This document shows, piece after piece, positions 27,383-48,064 of a DNA stretch of 64,000 nucleotides. Numbering within the stretch: position 1 is the stretch's first letter; each line of letters starts with the position of its first letter. Source of the DNA: the human T2T-CHM13v2.0 reference genome, Homo sapiens; the NCBI RefSeq assembly GCF_009914755.1, contig NC_060947.1, one strand, 5' to 3'. The position numbers were made by a program, and so were the translations under genes. A model generated the notes under the pieces. That model had not been told where the DNA came from, did not search any database, and saw nothing but the letters and a program-made list of their open reading frames with translations.

Positions 27383-27899
27383 AAATCAGAATCTTGAAGA
27401 GGTATTTGTGTACTTATGCTCATTGCATTGCATTTATAATAGCAAAATTGTGGAAGAACCTAAATATTTATTGATAGATGGATGAATAAATAAATGTGAT
27501 ATATATATATACACATTGAAATACTCAGTATTAATAAGAAGGAAATACTGCCATATGCGACAATCCCCATGAACCTGGAGGACACTATCCTAAGTAAATA
27601 AGCCATCACAGAAGGACAAATACTACGTGATTCCACTTATATGAGGTATTTAAAGTAGTCAAACTCATACAAGCTGAAAGTAAAATGGTAGTTGCCAAGG
27701 GTTGAGCAGAGGGGAAAATGGGAACCTGCTGTTCAATTGGCATAAAGTTTCAGTTATGCAAAATGAAAAAGTTCTGAAGATCTGCTATACAACATTTTGA
27801 TTATAATGAACAATATCGTATTATACATTTCAAAATTTATTGAGATGGTAGATCTCATGTTTTGTGTTTTTTGTCACAATTTAAAAAATCATGAACAAG

Positions 27900-28560
27900 C
27901 ACCTATTGAGATAGACAGTAATAGTTCAGGGTTAAATGCTGTAACAAAAATCTCAGTGTACTTAGATAAGATATTGAGGGGACATGAAACCAAGATGTTG
28001 GGGAGAGGGAGCCAGGAAAACTTTATAGAAAAAGTGATGCTCAGGTTCGGAAGGTATTAGCTAGGTGAATAGAATTTGAATTTAGATGAAATGAATAAGT
28101 CTATTTCAGACATATATTCTAACTTGTGTAAATGTATAGGAAAGGCATATAGATAAAGTTGGAGGAATCAAATCAATTCAATATGGCTGTAGACATAAAA
28201 TGTAGGATGAAGAGTGAACAGGGACATGATCAAAGGAAGATGTAGCTGTCAAGGCATTTATAAGCTTGGTAAGTCATGTAAGGAATCTGAACTTTAAGAG
28301 CAATGAAAAAGATTAACATTGACCACTGAAGTGATGTGATCAGAGTAAGGAAGGTGAGTTAGTACTGTGGTCGTAATACAGGTGACTGTAATGGTGGTCT
28401 GAACTAATTTAAAATTGAATAGCCATAATAGACGGGCTTAGTAATTGAATAGATGGTAGGGAGAATACAGCTATCAAGGATGATTCCTATGTACGTACGT
28501 AAGGCAACTAAATGGGTGGTTTTTAATTCACTGATACAGAGAACATATAGTAAAGATGAT
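27900..28560 (-). mobile_element. L2 fragments
   Basis: Purine-rich L2 antisense phrases (aaggaatctgaacttt, atgtgatcaga, aaggatgattcct, ggcaactaaatgggtgg). Confidence 0.6.
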
Positions 28561-28981
28561 GAACAGAAAGTGGAAATATGAGAAATAGGGGAGAATCATC
28601 AGATTTTGGCAACTTGTGTATAATGGATAATTTTTACTTAAAATTCTGAAATAAAGACTGTTTTCTAATTTAGGGTAGAATGTTTTTATTTCCATTTTTA
28701 AAACCGAAACAATACAGGTTTTAATATGATTCTGTTATATTAGGATTTTATTAATACACCGACTCTCTGTTGCATTTATTTGATAGATATATCTGTCATA
28801 CTGGTATTAGTATATTTTACTAAGAAATCAAGTTGGAGGTAGATCTTAACAAATAAAAGGCTCAGTGAAAACAATAAAGTTTCTTGTTGTAAAATTATGC
28901 AAATAGCAAGAATGTAAGTATTCCAATAACAATGTAGGGTTGTACACCCTATGGTTGCTATTACTTCTTCCTGGTAAAAGT

Positions 28982-29140
28982 ATTTTTTTGAGACATAGTC
29001 TCCTTCTGTGGCTCAGACTAGAGTACAGTGACATGATCATAGCTCACTATAGCCTCAATCTCCCCAGCTCAAGCAATCCTCCCACCTCAGTCTCCTGAGC
29101 AGCTGGGACTATAGGCACGTGCCACAAAGCCCAGCTTTTT
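28982..29140 (-). mobile_element. AluJ right arm; left arm displaced to 33186-33326
   Basis: J-type motifs gatcatagctcactatagcctc and gctcaagcaatcctcccacctcag. Confidence 0.88.
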
Positions 29141-33185
<4,045 letters not shown>

Positions 33186-33326
33186 TTTTTTTTTGTTTTT
33201 ATTTTTAGTAGAGACAAAGTCTTGCTATGATTCCTAGGATGTTCTAGAACTACTGAGCTCAAATAATCCTCCTGCCTCAAGCTCCCAAAGTGCTGGGATT
33301 ACTGGCATGAGCCACCACACCAAGCC
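33186..33326 (-). mobile_element. AluJ left arm, partner of 28982-29140
   Basis: tttttagtagagacaaagtcttgctatg...gagctcaaataatcctcctgcctc...gagccaccacaccaagcc. Confidence 0.88.
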
Positions 33327-33879
33327 AAGACTTCTTAATAATGTGTTTTACAGTTATTCAAAATTATTTTCTAGTAGAAAGATGTAGATTACAAGTTTTT
33401 ATATTTATTTGGTCTTAAAACATTTGTAATACTTTCTGTCTGGTTCACTATGGGTTAAATATGAATAAAATTAGGTATTTATAAAATATTTTCTAATGAA
33501 AAATGAAAATATAGAAAGTTAGGGAGTGGAATCTAATATTTAAACACTGAGGAGTTGTGAATATGTTCTTATAATGAACTCAAGTTCTCTAATGTGGCTC
33601 TTTGGGAAATAATGCCAGTGTTATGTCAAAATATTAAGCCTGTGACATAATCAGTGTCCTTTCATTTGGAGTGATATTTCAATATATACTTACTTGTAAT
33701 ATTCCAACCTATTTTCCAGTCAGCCTTTTTAGTTAAAAGCATTATCAACTTACTCAACTTTCCTTAAAAATAAAGACAAAAAATCAAAATCTTACATTGC
33801 CATATTATCATGTTACATCTCCCCTTCCCTTCACATTCAAAACTTTTAAAAAGTGTGATCTAGAATTGGTTTTCATTTT

Positions 33880-34900
33880 CTTACAAACTGTTTCTTTGTT
33901 CCTCATTATCGAGTTTTCATTCAAAATGAAAGTGCCTTTCTTGCAGGTAATTGGTTATCTCCTAACTGTCAAGACCAAATGCTTCTTCTCAATCCTCGCT
34001 GGGTATTTGACACTGTTCATCAACACCATTGTAAACACTATCTCATTTTTAAAAATCTTTTTTCTTGCTCTTCACAATAACGTTATGACGTACAGGCTGA
34101 TGACTACCTCATCTATAATTCTTGCCCTGCTTCCTCTTTCAAGCTCTAGACTCATTTTCAACATATGGCATGGCATGTGTCTCCTTGTGAATATCCCACT
34201 AGGATCCCAAACCTGACATTTCTAATACCAAACTTATCTGAGTCACCAAACCTGTTCTTCCTCTTGTGGTCCTACTCCTTGTTATTTCAGTTCTCACCTT
34301 TAAAATAACATGCTTTAAAAATAACATATTAGAAATTTCAAAATCATTGTAACTCTTTCCTTTCATTCCACATTCATTTAATTGAAAGACCTTCTAATCA
34401 TGCTTCCACCATGTTTTCATATCTTTTCTTTCCTATCCATGGTCATATGTCACACCTTTATTAATTCTTGCCCAGAGTGTTACCAAAGCTCCCAATTATT
34501 TCTCCTTTCTCTATTATTTTTGCTAGGGTTATTCTCAACAGGTAAGGTTATGCCACTACTCAGCTCAGAAATATTTTGTGTATATTCACTATGCAGGAAA
34601 TTGCATCAATACGTCTTAGCAAAGCATTCAAGGTGTCCTGGCCATACAAACTTTCCAGTCTCATTTTCTGTTATATCCTTCTATGTTACTTGTGTTCTGG
34701 CCACAATGATCTCTTTATCTATAGCTTCATGCTCAATATTCGATGCCCCAGAAATCATATTCAACCTTCAAGGTTCAGCTAGAATATTACCATTTTCATG
34801 AAGCTTTCTGTTAAAAATCAATTTTTTCTTCTCTATATTCCTATAACACTTTTACCTCGGGTATAATACTTACTCTTCTTTATACTTTGATAGTTGGTAG
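33880..34900 (+). mobile_element. L2 fragments
   Basis: Pyrimidine-rich L2 phrases (gtatttgacactgtt, aagctctagactcat, aaagcattcaagg, ttcaaggttcagct). Confidence 0.6.
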
Positions 34901-35105
34901 AATATCTAAAACAGAAAAGAAACAAATCAGTGTACTATAAAAAGTGTGTATACACTGAATGACATTTGATTATCTAGAATTGAAAGGCTTTAACAATATG
35001 TACTATTTGCATAGGGAAGCATTTAATGTTACACTAACAGACAAAGAAGTAGAACATGAAATTGAGAAAGATGGCAAATGTTTTAGGAATCTTGCCTATG
35101 AATCA

Positions 35106-35468
<363 letters not shown>

Positions 35469-36351
35469 TTAACATGCAATATGTTTAATATGGTTTCTAA
35501 ATGAATTTCATCAAGATCATTTTTCAAATTCTTTTCTACCACTGAAACAGAGTAAATAATACACGTAGATAATAAATATGAATACAGTGAAGTTGCTACT
35601 AAATAGTAGGAAAAATACATAATGATATGAACATATTTACAACCAACGTCATCTTAACACTGTAAACCTATATCGTTGCACAAAACATTAAGTATCAATA
35701 GGTACACAGCAACACATCATTCATAGACAGCTACTCGCCTTTACTATGAACCAAATGGCATTATTTCGCGTTCATGTCTAGAAGAGAGAAGACGTTGGTC
35801 CCTTGCTTATATTTTCAATCACACTGACTTAGAAATAATAGCCTCTTAGGAACATAACTTTGGGACATTTTAATATTGATAATGTGTTTCAACATACTCT
35901 AAAGTGCCATATTATGAAAATCACTCTTAAGAACTCTTAAAACTGTTTGTGTATTTATGCCCTGGACACTATAGGTCAGCCTTTAAAATCAATAATAGCC
36001 CTTACTATTATTTGTTAGGAATCTGTGGCAGTGTATCCAGAATAATTACTGTAGAGTTGAAAAATTATTTTTATATTATTGAACATTGTCCTTTGTTGAC
36101 AGAATAAGCCTTCTTCTTTCTCTACACCTATTTCTTTTATGCCTATCTGAGGATCATAGGCCAGTGGAAAATTTCCTAGTTACAATAGTGAAACTTTGGA
36201 CTATTTGGATAATCCTTCTTCAAATAGTTACATCAAAAGAAAACAATCTCTAATTGCAAAATGTCAAAATACTCTTTTAAATCAAGTATATAGTGATTTA
36301 TTTTATCTAAGATTTTTCTATTCCTTTTTATGTTGGCTAAAAGACACACAC

Positions 36352-36866
36352 AGTTAGGAGACAATTATCTGTAGGTTTCTCACATTGCTGCACGTCTTGC
36401 AAAGAGAGTCATTGTCTGACTTTCTTCCAGACTATCTTTTTGAGAATGCTTATATCATGAACTGCTTTAGAAGATAGGGATAATTTCTCCCCCAGAGCAT
36501 GGAACAGTTTTGTTTACTGTCCAGTATAATAAAGACAATGTCTCCCTCCATGACAATAATCGCATAGGCTTACTGACTCTGAAAAAAGTTTAAGTTCCCT
36601 GAGCTCAGGGTTCCTTTTCTGTAATGTAACCTATTGCATGTATAGGCATCATGTGAACCTCTTACATCACTCTGTGAGAACTAAGGCTTACAGAACTGGG
36701 ACAAATGCTGATGCCGACACTCTGGCTACTGTTATTGACATTAGTAAAAAACTTACTTTTTCTGACTGATGTCTCATGTCTTCTGCCAGTATCCATGAAA
36801 CTATGGCAGCCTAACTCATTAGCTTGTAAGAAGGGTAAAATCTTAGACCCTTCACAGTTCTCAACA
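36352..36866 (+). mobile_element. LTR47-like (ERVL) solo LTR
   Basis: Start agttaggagacaatt...ctgcacgtcttgc; end gggtaaaatcttagacccttcacagttctcaaca. Confidence 0.75.
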
Positions 36867-39087
36867 CATTCATAGGTGCATTATTGCAGGAAAAGAAAGA
36901 ATAGAGAAACAACCTCCAGGCAGCATTGTCCTAGAAACATATTTCAAATTGGAAAAATGTATATACTAATTTAATTTTCTTTATGCAAATTAATTGTCAT
37001 GAATTGTAGGCTACTTAGGTAGCTAACACTATTCAAATATTATTTTTCTATTAATTTAATAATTTAAATTGCTATGTAATTTATTTTCATTTGCCCTCTG
37101 CATTTGTAGTCTATTTTAAGATTAAACAAGGGGTAAACCTAACCAAACACATTTATGTGGCTATACTAATGGGTACATAGAGAGTTGTCTCACACTTTGC
37201 TGCTTAAGGATAAAAACGAGTTACTGCATACTGAACAGTGCTGCTCTCTGAGAATATGGAAAAGGCTATTTAGTTCACAGTAGGAGAGGTTACAGTTGTG
37301 TGTGACAAATATTGTGAAAAATACAAACACTAAGAATTTTTTTGCACGTGGCAGTTTTTTGTAGGGATGGCTTACAAAGAAAAAGATACTGTGTTAGATC
37401 AAACTACAGCTATTTTCTGTACTCTTGGGTTTAATGGAGGAAGCACTTTTCCTCATCCTGTCATGCTTACTTTGCAGGAGACTGCAGATGCATACAACCT
37501 GATTTTCCACTCCTCTGTAAGAATGCTACGGTGTGGGAAAACAATTTGGAGAAAATTGCCATAGAGATTTAAAAAAAAATTCGAATCATACATTTTGTTT
37601 CTATGAAAATGATGTGAGTAAACATATCTTACACTCATGATATTTGAGCTACTGCTATAACCAACATGGTTTCAAAAATATTCCATTATTACTGCGGTGT
37701 AGTCTTAACTACAAAATGCTGCATGTTGCTATGCAAAAGAACATGATGTGGCAATTTCTGCTCAGAAACCATTTCACAAATATCTAGTTTGGGGGTTTAA
37801 AAAACTAGAGAAAAATTAAAAAGTCATAATCTGGAAAGTAAGTTAATTCAATGTTTCTCAGATTACTCAATGAATAACTATTGGATAAAAATTCTTCTAT
37901 TAAACAGTGTTAAACACACAGCTTATCATTTAAATTTTAATGATATTTATGAATGCCTTAAACGTCTCTAAAGGACAAATAAATATAGCTTAAGGAGACG
38001 ACTTAGAGTAGTTTAGTCATCAACCATTAATGAAGTAATGGTTGAAGGCTCCTGGAAGGGACAAAAAAGACAGAATATGGATTTGAAAATATATTTCTTT
38101 CCAAAATAACTGAATATTTGATAAAAATAAAAAGGCATATTTCATATGAAAGATTATGTATCCCCCACTTAGAAAGAAAATGTGAACCTATTGTGGCATT
38201 TTTATCCACAGCCAAACAGAGCAAATTTCATTACTCTCTGATTTTGTCAATATTCATTCTTTATATTAAATCACTCACTTAGAATGCAGGAGAAAGTTCC
38301 ATGGAAAGAAATTCTACAATTTCTCCTTTCAGCAAAGCCTTCATACTTAGAAAATTATCCATGATCTTATACCCACATAGAGAGCCAAAAATAAGGATGT
38401 GAGAGTTTTTCTAATGCAGCTCTGTCACAAATTCCAAATGAAATATTTTAAAGGCCTTTGGTCTGATAACGGGACAATTACGTTCCTTCTCCCTACAAAG
38501 CTAGCAGTGAAAGAAGTTCATTTTATTTAAAGAAAATCAGTTGGAGCTCCAAAGTGGAGAAAAGTTAGAAAACTAAATTTAATTTTTATTTTACTCTACA
38601 CATGTATTGGTGAAAAATAAGATAAATAAAAGTATTATTAAACAGTTTAGTAATCAGTCATTATATTTTTTCAAAGTTCTGCATCTTAATTGTCCTTAAA
38701 TTATATAGTAAATAGCCCCAATCTTCCACTAAAATAAAGCAACGTTAATAATGACATAAATCATAGCATAAAAAATCACATGTGTTCCACAAAGAGCAAA
38801 AACAATTCTCTTTTATCAACTAAAGAGGGTCTCTCTGATCAAAATTTATGCTAAGACAGACATGAAATCTTCAAAAGTATACAACATCAAAAGTATTGTG
38901 TGACTTGTTATTTAATATTTAATATTCTGTTGCAAATAACGTCACACAGGTATGACACAACTTAAAATATGCATTGAATTGCATTTGTATTCAGGTTATA
39001 TGCAAATGGAGATACAACACTTTAAGCTGCTTGGTAGGCGTCGTTCACATCTGTTCTTTGCCTAGCTGCCTCGCTTTCTCCTCTCTA

Positions 39088-39206
39088 ACAGAATAATAGG
39101 ACTGAAAGTTACAAACAACCTTAGAGGTCAGCTATCCAACTTGTCTTGAAAAGCCAGAGTCACTCCAAGTATCCCTGGAAGGTAATTGCCTAACCTTTGC
39201 TTGAAT
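39088..39206 (-). mobile_element. L3/CR1 3'-end fragment
   Basis: accttagaggtcagctatccaac...atccctggaaggt...cctttgcttgaat. Confidence 0.5.
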
Positions 39207-39652
39207 GAGTTCACAAATACGTTGAAAAGGGATAACGGCCATAGAAGCAAGGAATTTTTTTATATCAATTATTTCACAAGACTCATGTGGTGAAAACCAT
39301 ATAAATGATGTTCCTTGTGATTATGACTTTGCACATTTATAAATCCTAGAATGTGCATAATCTTCTAGATTAGTTTTATAAAAATTCAAAAAGCCCATCA
39401 AAGATGGACTTACCATACAACTCTCTGCTAAAATGAAGATAAATGCTGATAGGAAATTCAAAAATTGTCATGTTATGCTTAAGCATCATTTTACTTTACA
39501 CTCAGCCTTATAGTTACTGTGCTATCTAATTAACTGCAATATGAATCTCATAGGTAACTAGAATGTATAGTAATTTGAGTATCATTAAGGAAGCTACATT
39601 TATATTTATTTAAAAACAAAACAGTATTTTCATAGTTCAGTAAAAATTATCA

Positions 39653-39997
<345 letters not shown>

Positions 39998-40160
39998 TCA
40001 TGACATATAGGTGATCTATGAAGGAGATAAATAAATAGAATAGAAGCTAAGTAGAGTAAGTAGAGAAACAAAAATAGATGGAAGGAAAAGAGAAAGTTTG
40101 TAAGGAGTAAATGAAACCATGCCATTGGAGGCTAGTCACATTATAACAATTACCAATATT

Positions 40161-40282
40161 TACAGTGACCATATGTCCCTATTTTCCTGGGACAGTCCTC
40201 AGTTATGCCTCTTATTCTGAAGGCATCCCTCTTTCACTCTCAAAAGTGTTTGGTTTAGATGATAAATATTATGGTTAACCTA
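40161..40282 (-). mobile_element. MER94-like hAT-Blackjack MITE
   Basis: Degenerate TIRs gtgaccata...tatggttaac; internal gggacagtcc and tttcactctcaaaagtgt. Confidence 0.7.
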
Positions 40283-40329
40283 CCTAGATAAATTTCAAAA
40301 ATTGATTCAATTGTTTTACAGGCTACCTA

Positions 40330-40484
40330 TTTATTTGTTTATTTTTACTTTTTAAATTTTTATTGAGGTGTGATTGACAAATTATTTATAGTTAACATGT
40401 ACAACATGATGTTTTGTTTACCGTGTTTAATGATTCCCATAATCAAGCTAACTAACATATCTAGCCCTTAACATAATTACTATT

Positions 40485-40518
<34 letters not shown>

Positions 40519-40662
40519 GTGAAAACACTTAAGATCTATTCCTTAAGCAAATTTCAAGTTTAAGTTATAAAATGAATAAGTTCCAGAAATCCAATGTGCA
40601 GCATAGTAACTATAGTTAATAACATATATTGTATACTTAAAATTGGCTAAAGCAGTAAATCT
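40330..40662 (-). mobile_element. Short L1MA 3' end with 5' inversion
   Basis: Minus-strand 3' end 40330-40560, plus-strand L1MA piece 40561-40662; TSD ggctacctattta / ggctatgtattta. Confidence 0.75.
40485..40518. repeat. (TG)n(CG)n microsatellite
   Basis: tgtgtg...tgtgcgcgcgtgtg alternating purine-pyrimidine tract. Confidence 0.9.
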
Positions 40663-40719
40663 AGGGGCTATGTATTTAAAATATCCATTATTCTATATGA
40701 GTATGCTTAATAACAGTAT

Positions 40720-41550
40720 TTTTTCTTTTTAAAATCAACGTTATTGAAGTATAGTCTATATTCAACAAGAAAAACATACACTTTAAGTGCACAATTCACT
40801 GGTTTTAAAAACTGTATACGCCCATGTAACTACCATTCCAAATCAATTATAGGATATTTGTATTACCCCAAAAAATTCCTTATGCTGCTTTGCAGTAAAT
40901 TCCCATCCCCACCTCCACTACCAATCCTAGAAAAATAGTGCTTTCTGTGACTATAGGTTAGATTTGTCACATCTAGAGTTTCATACTGGTGGAATCATAC
41001 TTTATATTCTATTTTGTGTCTGGCTTCTTTTGTTCATAATAATGTTTTAGAGATCCATGTATGTGGTCGTGCATATTAATAGTTTTTTCTTTGTCCTCGC
41101 TGGTATTCCATTGTATGGGCAGATGTGTTACAGTTTGTTTAACCATTCATGCATTGAAAAACAACTGGTCTATTTCCAAGTTTTGTCTATTACAAATAGA
41201 ATTAGTTTGAACATTTATGTGTAAGTATTTGTGTAGAAAAACATTTTTCTTTCTTTTCGGTGAAAATCTAGGAGTGAAATAGACAGATAATATAGTAAGT
41301 GTATTACTAACTTCATATGAAACTACTGTATGAAATTGTTTTCCAAAGTAGTTGTACCATTTTACAATACTGCCAGCTATATATGAGAGTCTACTTGTTC
41401 AACATCCTTGCCTACAATTTAACTTTAGCTCATCTAGTGGCTATGTAGTGCTGGCTTTACTTTGCATTTCTCTGATAGCTAATGAAGTTGAACATCTTTT
41501 CATATATATTCTTTTGCGAAGTATCTGTTCAAGCCTTTTTAAAATTTGAT
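40720..41550 (-). mobile_element. L1ME1/2-like 3' region
   Basis: ttattgaagtatag...ttaagtgcacaattc...ttgcatttctctgatagctaatgaagttgaacatcttttcat. Confidence 0.75.
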
Positions 41551-42943
41551 TAACAGTATCTGAATTAATGATTAGAGAAGTTATTGAAAACTGTGTTTTA
41601 GAGTCCTTAATAGTCACACTATGACTTTAATACATAACATGCAAATTACAATGAAATGAGTCCAAACTATAAGTTTATGGAAATATAAAAGCATGTGAGA
41701 ATTTCCAAATCTACACAGTAAATGAAGTGATCTCAGCAGTGATTCTATTTTATCAACAGTCTCAGAGATTGTGTCCAGTGCAGTGTCTTGTACCCAGTGT
41801 TCAATAAATGTCTGTGTATTTATTAATTAATGATCTTATGTCATTTTAGATTACTACATCATGGCAGTTAATTTGTGGGAAATGTATTAATTAAAAAATA
41901 TTTTAAAAAATAATTGATTTTTTTCCTCTTGAAACCACACATTTTTGCTACTGAAAAATCTGCTTATCAAGTTAGTGAAGTATCCAATTTCTTTACTTCT
42001 TTCACCTTCCTCTTATTTAAGCTGACTCACTTCTTACAACAGAGAAGGCATATAAGTAAGAGAAAGTAAAATAATAAACATTGCATTTCTTGTTTCTTAG
42101 TAGCTGGGGTAAAAAAGATGTCTTTAGATGTGTTTGAAGAAAGGTAAAGTTATTAGAAGAATGAGCTTTTTACATTAAATATGTTTCATTATCCTTGTTC
42201 CCCTTACTTTCAATCAGCAACTATGCCTATATTATGTTTTTAAGAATACATTCTGCAAATAAGCCTAACCGTTATCTGCATCTGTTTCAGCTGAAACACT
42301 ATGCAGATGCAATTATAATAAAAGATGGTGAGATCTAAAACTAGGCTCAGATACTTAGAAAAATCTCAAGCATTTTGGATAGTTTTCAAAAGATTTGAAA
42401 CATTTATTTTGAGAACTCACTATACTTGATTCCAAAGGGAAAGATACTTATTTCTATTTGGTATCTACAAATCAAACAGAATCTTTTTATTTTGTAGTTT
42501 TGCTATTTTTAATACTATACTGCAAGTTACTGATTTTAATTTGTTCAGCTTGTACTTGAAATTCATAAACTCTGTTCTGTCAGACAACATAGAAAAAAAT
42601 CTTAGTTTAGTGCAAAATAAACTTAGGATTAAAAGTGAGTTTGTATATGCAGAATATCATGTTCTTTCTTACATTTCTAAATAAAACATTTAAAACATGT
42701 ATATTCCAAATAATGGAAAATTATATTAATTCTAGTCATACACCCAAATTATAAAGAATTAAGTGTAACATTTCTTGCCATCTTTATAGAGTCAGAAATA
42801 ATATATCAGCACTACCATAATTCAAGAAAACACTGTTTTGCATTTGATTCAATTAATAAAAGATGAATATATAAAAATTGACAACATAATTTAACCTTTT
42901 GAATCTAGCCCATTTTATATGTGTTTATTTGAGGACCCTCAAT

Positions 42944-42983
42944 ATACAACGGCATCCTTCATTATACAACAGCATCCTTCATT
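42944..42983. repeat. 20-bp tandem duplication
   Basis: atacaacggcatccttcatt followed by atacaacagcatccttcatt (one CpG-type difference). Confidence 0.9.
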
Positions 42984-43574
42984 ACAAAGTTCTATCTACT
43001 ATAACAAGAAAGTGTCCTGTTGAATAAAACAGCTCTTTATCCCTTTGCTTAAGAAGATATAAAGTTAAAAATACAATGTATTTACTACTAAAGCAGGGTC
43101 ATCCAATACACTCAGTATTTTACAATGGAAAAAGCTGTAGATGATCATACAGGGAGCTGATGCTCTCAAAATGAGAACCAAGAATTGCTGAGATTTCCAA
43201 TTATACCTTCAGCTTCTCAAGGCTCCTTCTCTAGAACACCATTAAGGAAGTATATTCTTCTTTCTTTAATGCTACTTGCTCTTACCTCTTCTTCTCCTGA
43301 TTAGGCATAGGGATGATTGAGCCTTCGTTGAATTAGCTAACCCACTATAGAGAGCAATAAGAAGCCCCAAAATTCTGGATACACAGGTGTGCAGAACAGG
43401 CTATATTTGGGTTTGTTACCTAACCAGACTGATATTCCATGAATAATTTCTACTATAGAACAGGCAAGTCCAATTATATGAAGGAAAAATTTGCCCATAA
43501 CTTCTATTTGATACAGATGAATATAGCTTGTGACCTAAAACAAATGAATGTTTATCTCCCATGTAATGAGATAT

Positions 43575-43900
43575 ATTTTAACATTTATTCAGTGTCCAGC
43601 ATATATAAGGCCTCTTGTTGGGTCTAAGGGTAAGAAAAGATGAAAATGTGAAGATGTGATCTTTGTTCTGAAGGTGTTTTTAAGCCAGTAAAATTCATAT
43701 AAGTTGCAAAACAAAGTTTGAAAGATAAAACAAGTGAGATAAACTCAAAATGGTATAGAAACACAATAAAGTATCATAGCAATTGGACCTGGGGAGCTCC
43801 AGAAAGATAGAGTTATGTTATGAAGAATAGGTCAAATTTTGACAGAGTGGGAAATTCATAGTCTAGTTTGCCCGGACTATGAGGTAAATGCTAAAGAAGC
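43575..43900 (-). mobile_element. L2 3'-end fragment
   Basis: aacatttattcagtgtccagcatatataaggc... Confidence 0.5.
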
Positions 43901-43919
43901 AGAAGCAGAATCTGGAATA

Positions 43920-44400
43920 GTAATTTTTAATTTTGGTGATAATCATTTTTTTCTTTTATGCATCATGCTTCCTGTGTCATATCTAAAAACACATTTATTT
44001 AACTAACCCAAGGCTAAGGTAGTAAATACATTCCCTTTTGTTTCCTATTATTTGTTTTATAGGTTAAGGTTTTCCATTTTGGCCTGTGATCCATTTTGTA
44101 TATACTATGAGAAATATATAGGACAAGGTTTAACTACTTATTTCTCTTATGGCAGTCCAATTGTTTCTGCTCCATTTTTGGATAAGACCATTCTTTCTTC
44201 ATTTTCTCCACTGAACTGCCTTTGACAAAAACCAATTGATCATATATGTATAGGGCTATTTCTGGGCTCCCTTTTTTATTTCATTGATCTATTAGTTTAT
44301 CTTTTTACCAGTACCACACTGGCTTAATTATTGAAGCTTCATACTATCTTAAAATCAAGTAGTCTAAACTCTCTATTTTTTTTTCAAAATTACTTTAGTC
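43920..44400 (-). mobile_element. Old L1M ORF2 3' fragment
   Basis: ctgtgatccatttt, tccaattgtttctgctccattt, ccagtaccacactggcttaattattg. Confidence 0.75.
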
Positions 44401-44731
44401 ACCCTTCTTGAAACTCAGTAATAATTCTATGGTCAAATATCTTGCGATGCGATGTGTAGAAGTCATGATTTGTCAAGCTCTACAGCTGCTGACATACTTA
44501 ACTAGTCCACAAATAGCGTTTTTAGGGTCCTTCAGGATTTCTGGTGGACTCAGAAGAAAATAACAACAGGATTCAGGTCACTGAGAATATATGTGTGACA
44601 GATTTTTAGAAAGTTCTCAATGAGGTTTATTATAGAAGAGAAAAACTAATTCAACCAGAAGAAAATATTTTCTTAAAATCAATTATTTGGGCTTTTTAAA
44701 AAGTTTCAGGAAAATCATTTATGTGAACTGT

Positions 44732-44866
44732 ATTTTTTTTTAACTTTTATTTTAGATTCAGGGATATGTATGTAGATTTGTTATATGGATAAATTTCATG
44801 TCACAGGGGTTTGATTTACAAATAATTTTGTCATCTAGGAAATAGGCATAGTACCTAATAGGTAGT
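44732..44866 (-). mobile_element. L1PA13-15-like extreme 3' end
   Basis: tttttttttaacttttattttagattcaggg...gcatagtacctaataggtagt, fused directly to MST internal sequence. Confidence 0.8.
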
Positions 44867-47112
<2,246 letters not shown>

Positions 47113-47920
47113 GGCACATGCAGCCAGGTGGCTAAGCACAAGATGTCAGCATCCAAGCAGGGTGAGAGCAGCGTGGTGGTCAGCCTGGTGTGGGATATTA
47201 AGGACTATGCAGGATGAGGAGGATCTCCACATGGAGATATGAGTTGGGGCACACTCTCAGACTTGAGCATGACAATGAGGTTATATGTGCAGAGGAGTGG
47301 CTGAAGTTAAAGTCAGGAGATTAATTACATACAGGGGGACTGATCAAATAAGTAAATATACGAAGCATAATGTAAGCTAGGTTTTCCACTATCAGAATAA
47401 AAAGGAAATTCAAGTATGATAAAGGATAAAACTAGAATAAACCCAGTAGTATAGATTGGAATTTGAAATACAGTATGAGCTCATGGTTTTCAAAATATAG
47501 AGCTATGAAAAGAAATACTACTATAAACTTTGGTTTGTTTTTGTGTATGCACTAATACATACATACCCTAGCTTATTTACTGAGAGGACAGGCCTTGGAG
47601 CAGCAACATCATAATCTCAAAGAGCAAATATAGTGCTCAGATCCTGACTTATAAATACTACTTTGTAATAAAAGGAACCAGAACTGGTTAAAGACATGAC
47701 TGATTCCAGGGCTGAAGAAGAAAAATATATGATTTTGATAGTTGTATTGTAGTTATATCAAGAATGTCCTTGTTCATAAGTAATAGACATTAAACTGTAT
47801 TAGAAAGGTGATGAAAATCATGTTGTTAACCTACTTTCAAATGCTTTGGAATAAACTATTCCCTGAACCATACTTATAACTTTTTCTATAAATTTGTGAA
47901 TTGCTTCAAATTTTTAAAAA
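47113..47920 (+). mobile_element. L1MC3/L1MD3-like 3'UTR
   Basis: ttacatacagggggactgatcaaataagtaaatat, ctcatggttttcaaaatata, taaaaggaaccaga. Confidence 0.7.
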
Positions 47921-47984
47921 GTGTATATCATTAAAAAATAATTTTTGCAAATTAAGATGAAGAGATACACACCCCAATCAATAG

Positions 47985-48064
47985 TTTATCTACCGCAATT
48001 CTTAAGTAAACATAGCTCTCATCATTTATCCACCGCAATTCTTAAGTAAAAGTAGCTCTCATCA
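47985..48064. repeat. 40-bp tandem duplication abutting a short L1PA 3'UTR scrap (48056-48113, minus)
   Basis: tttatc(t/c)accgcaattcttaagtaaa(ca/ag)tagctctcatca twice, then tttagctttcacttataagtgagaacatgtgg. Confidence 0.88.

Noticed and set aside
33797-34801. Two hydrophobic 139-aa ORFs resembling membrane proteins
   Set aside because: TTG starts in T-rich L2 remnants; composition explains the hydrophobicity; no recognisable domain
36982-39007. Octamer ATGCAAAT motifs near 36983 and 39000
   Set aside because: Expected by chance in AT-rich DNA; no canonical adjacent SOX site
39020-39100. Purine-rich minus-strand exon-like stretch (RGESEAARQRTDVNDAYQAA)
   Set aside because: Putative acceptor overlaps the L3 tail, peptide not recognised, no independent support
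43207-43285. 24-nt minus-strand microexon downstream of candidate exon 43286-43344
   Set aside because: Would need a 55-nt intron, below the usual mammalian minimum
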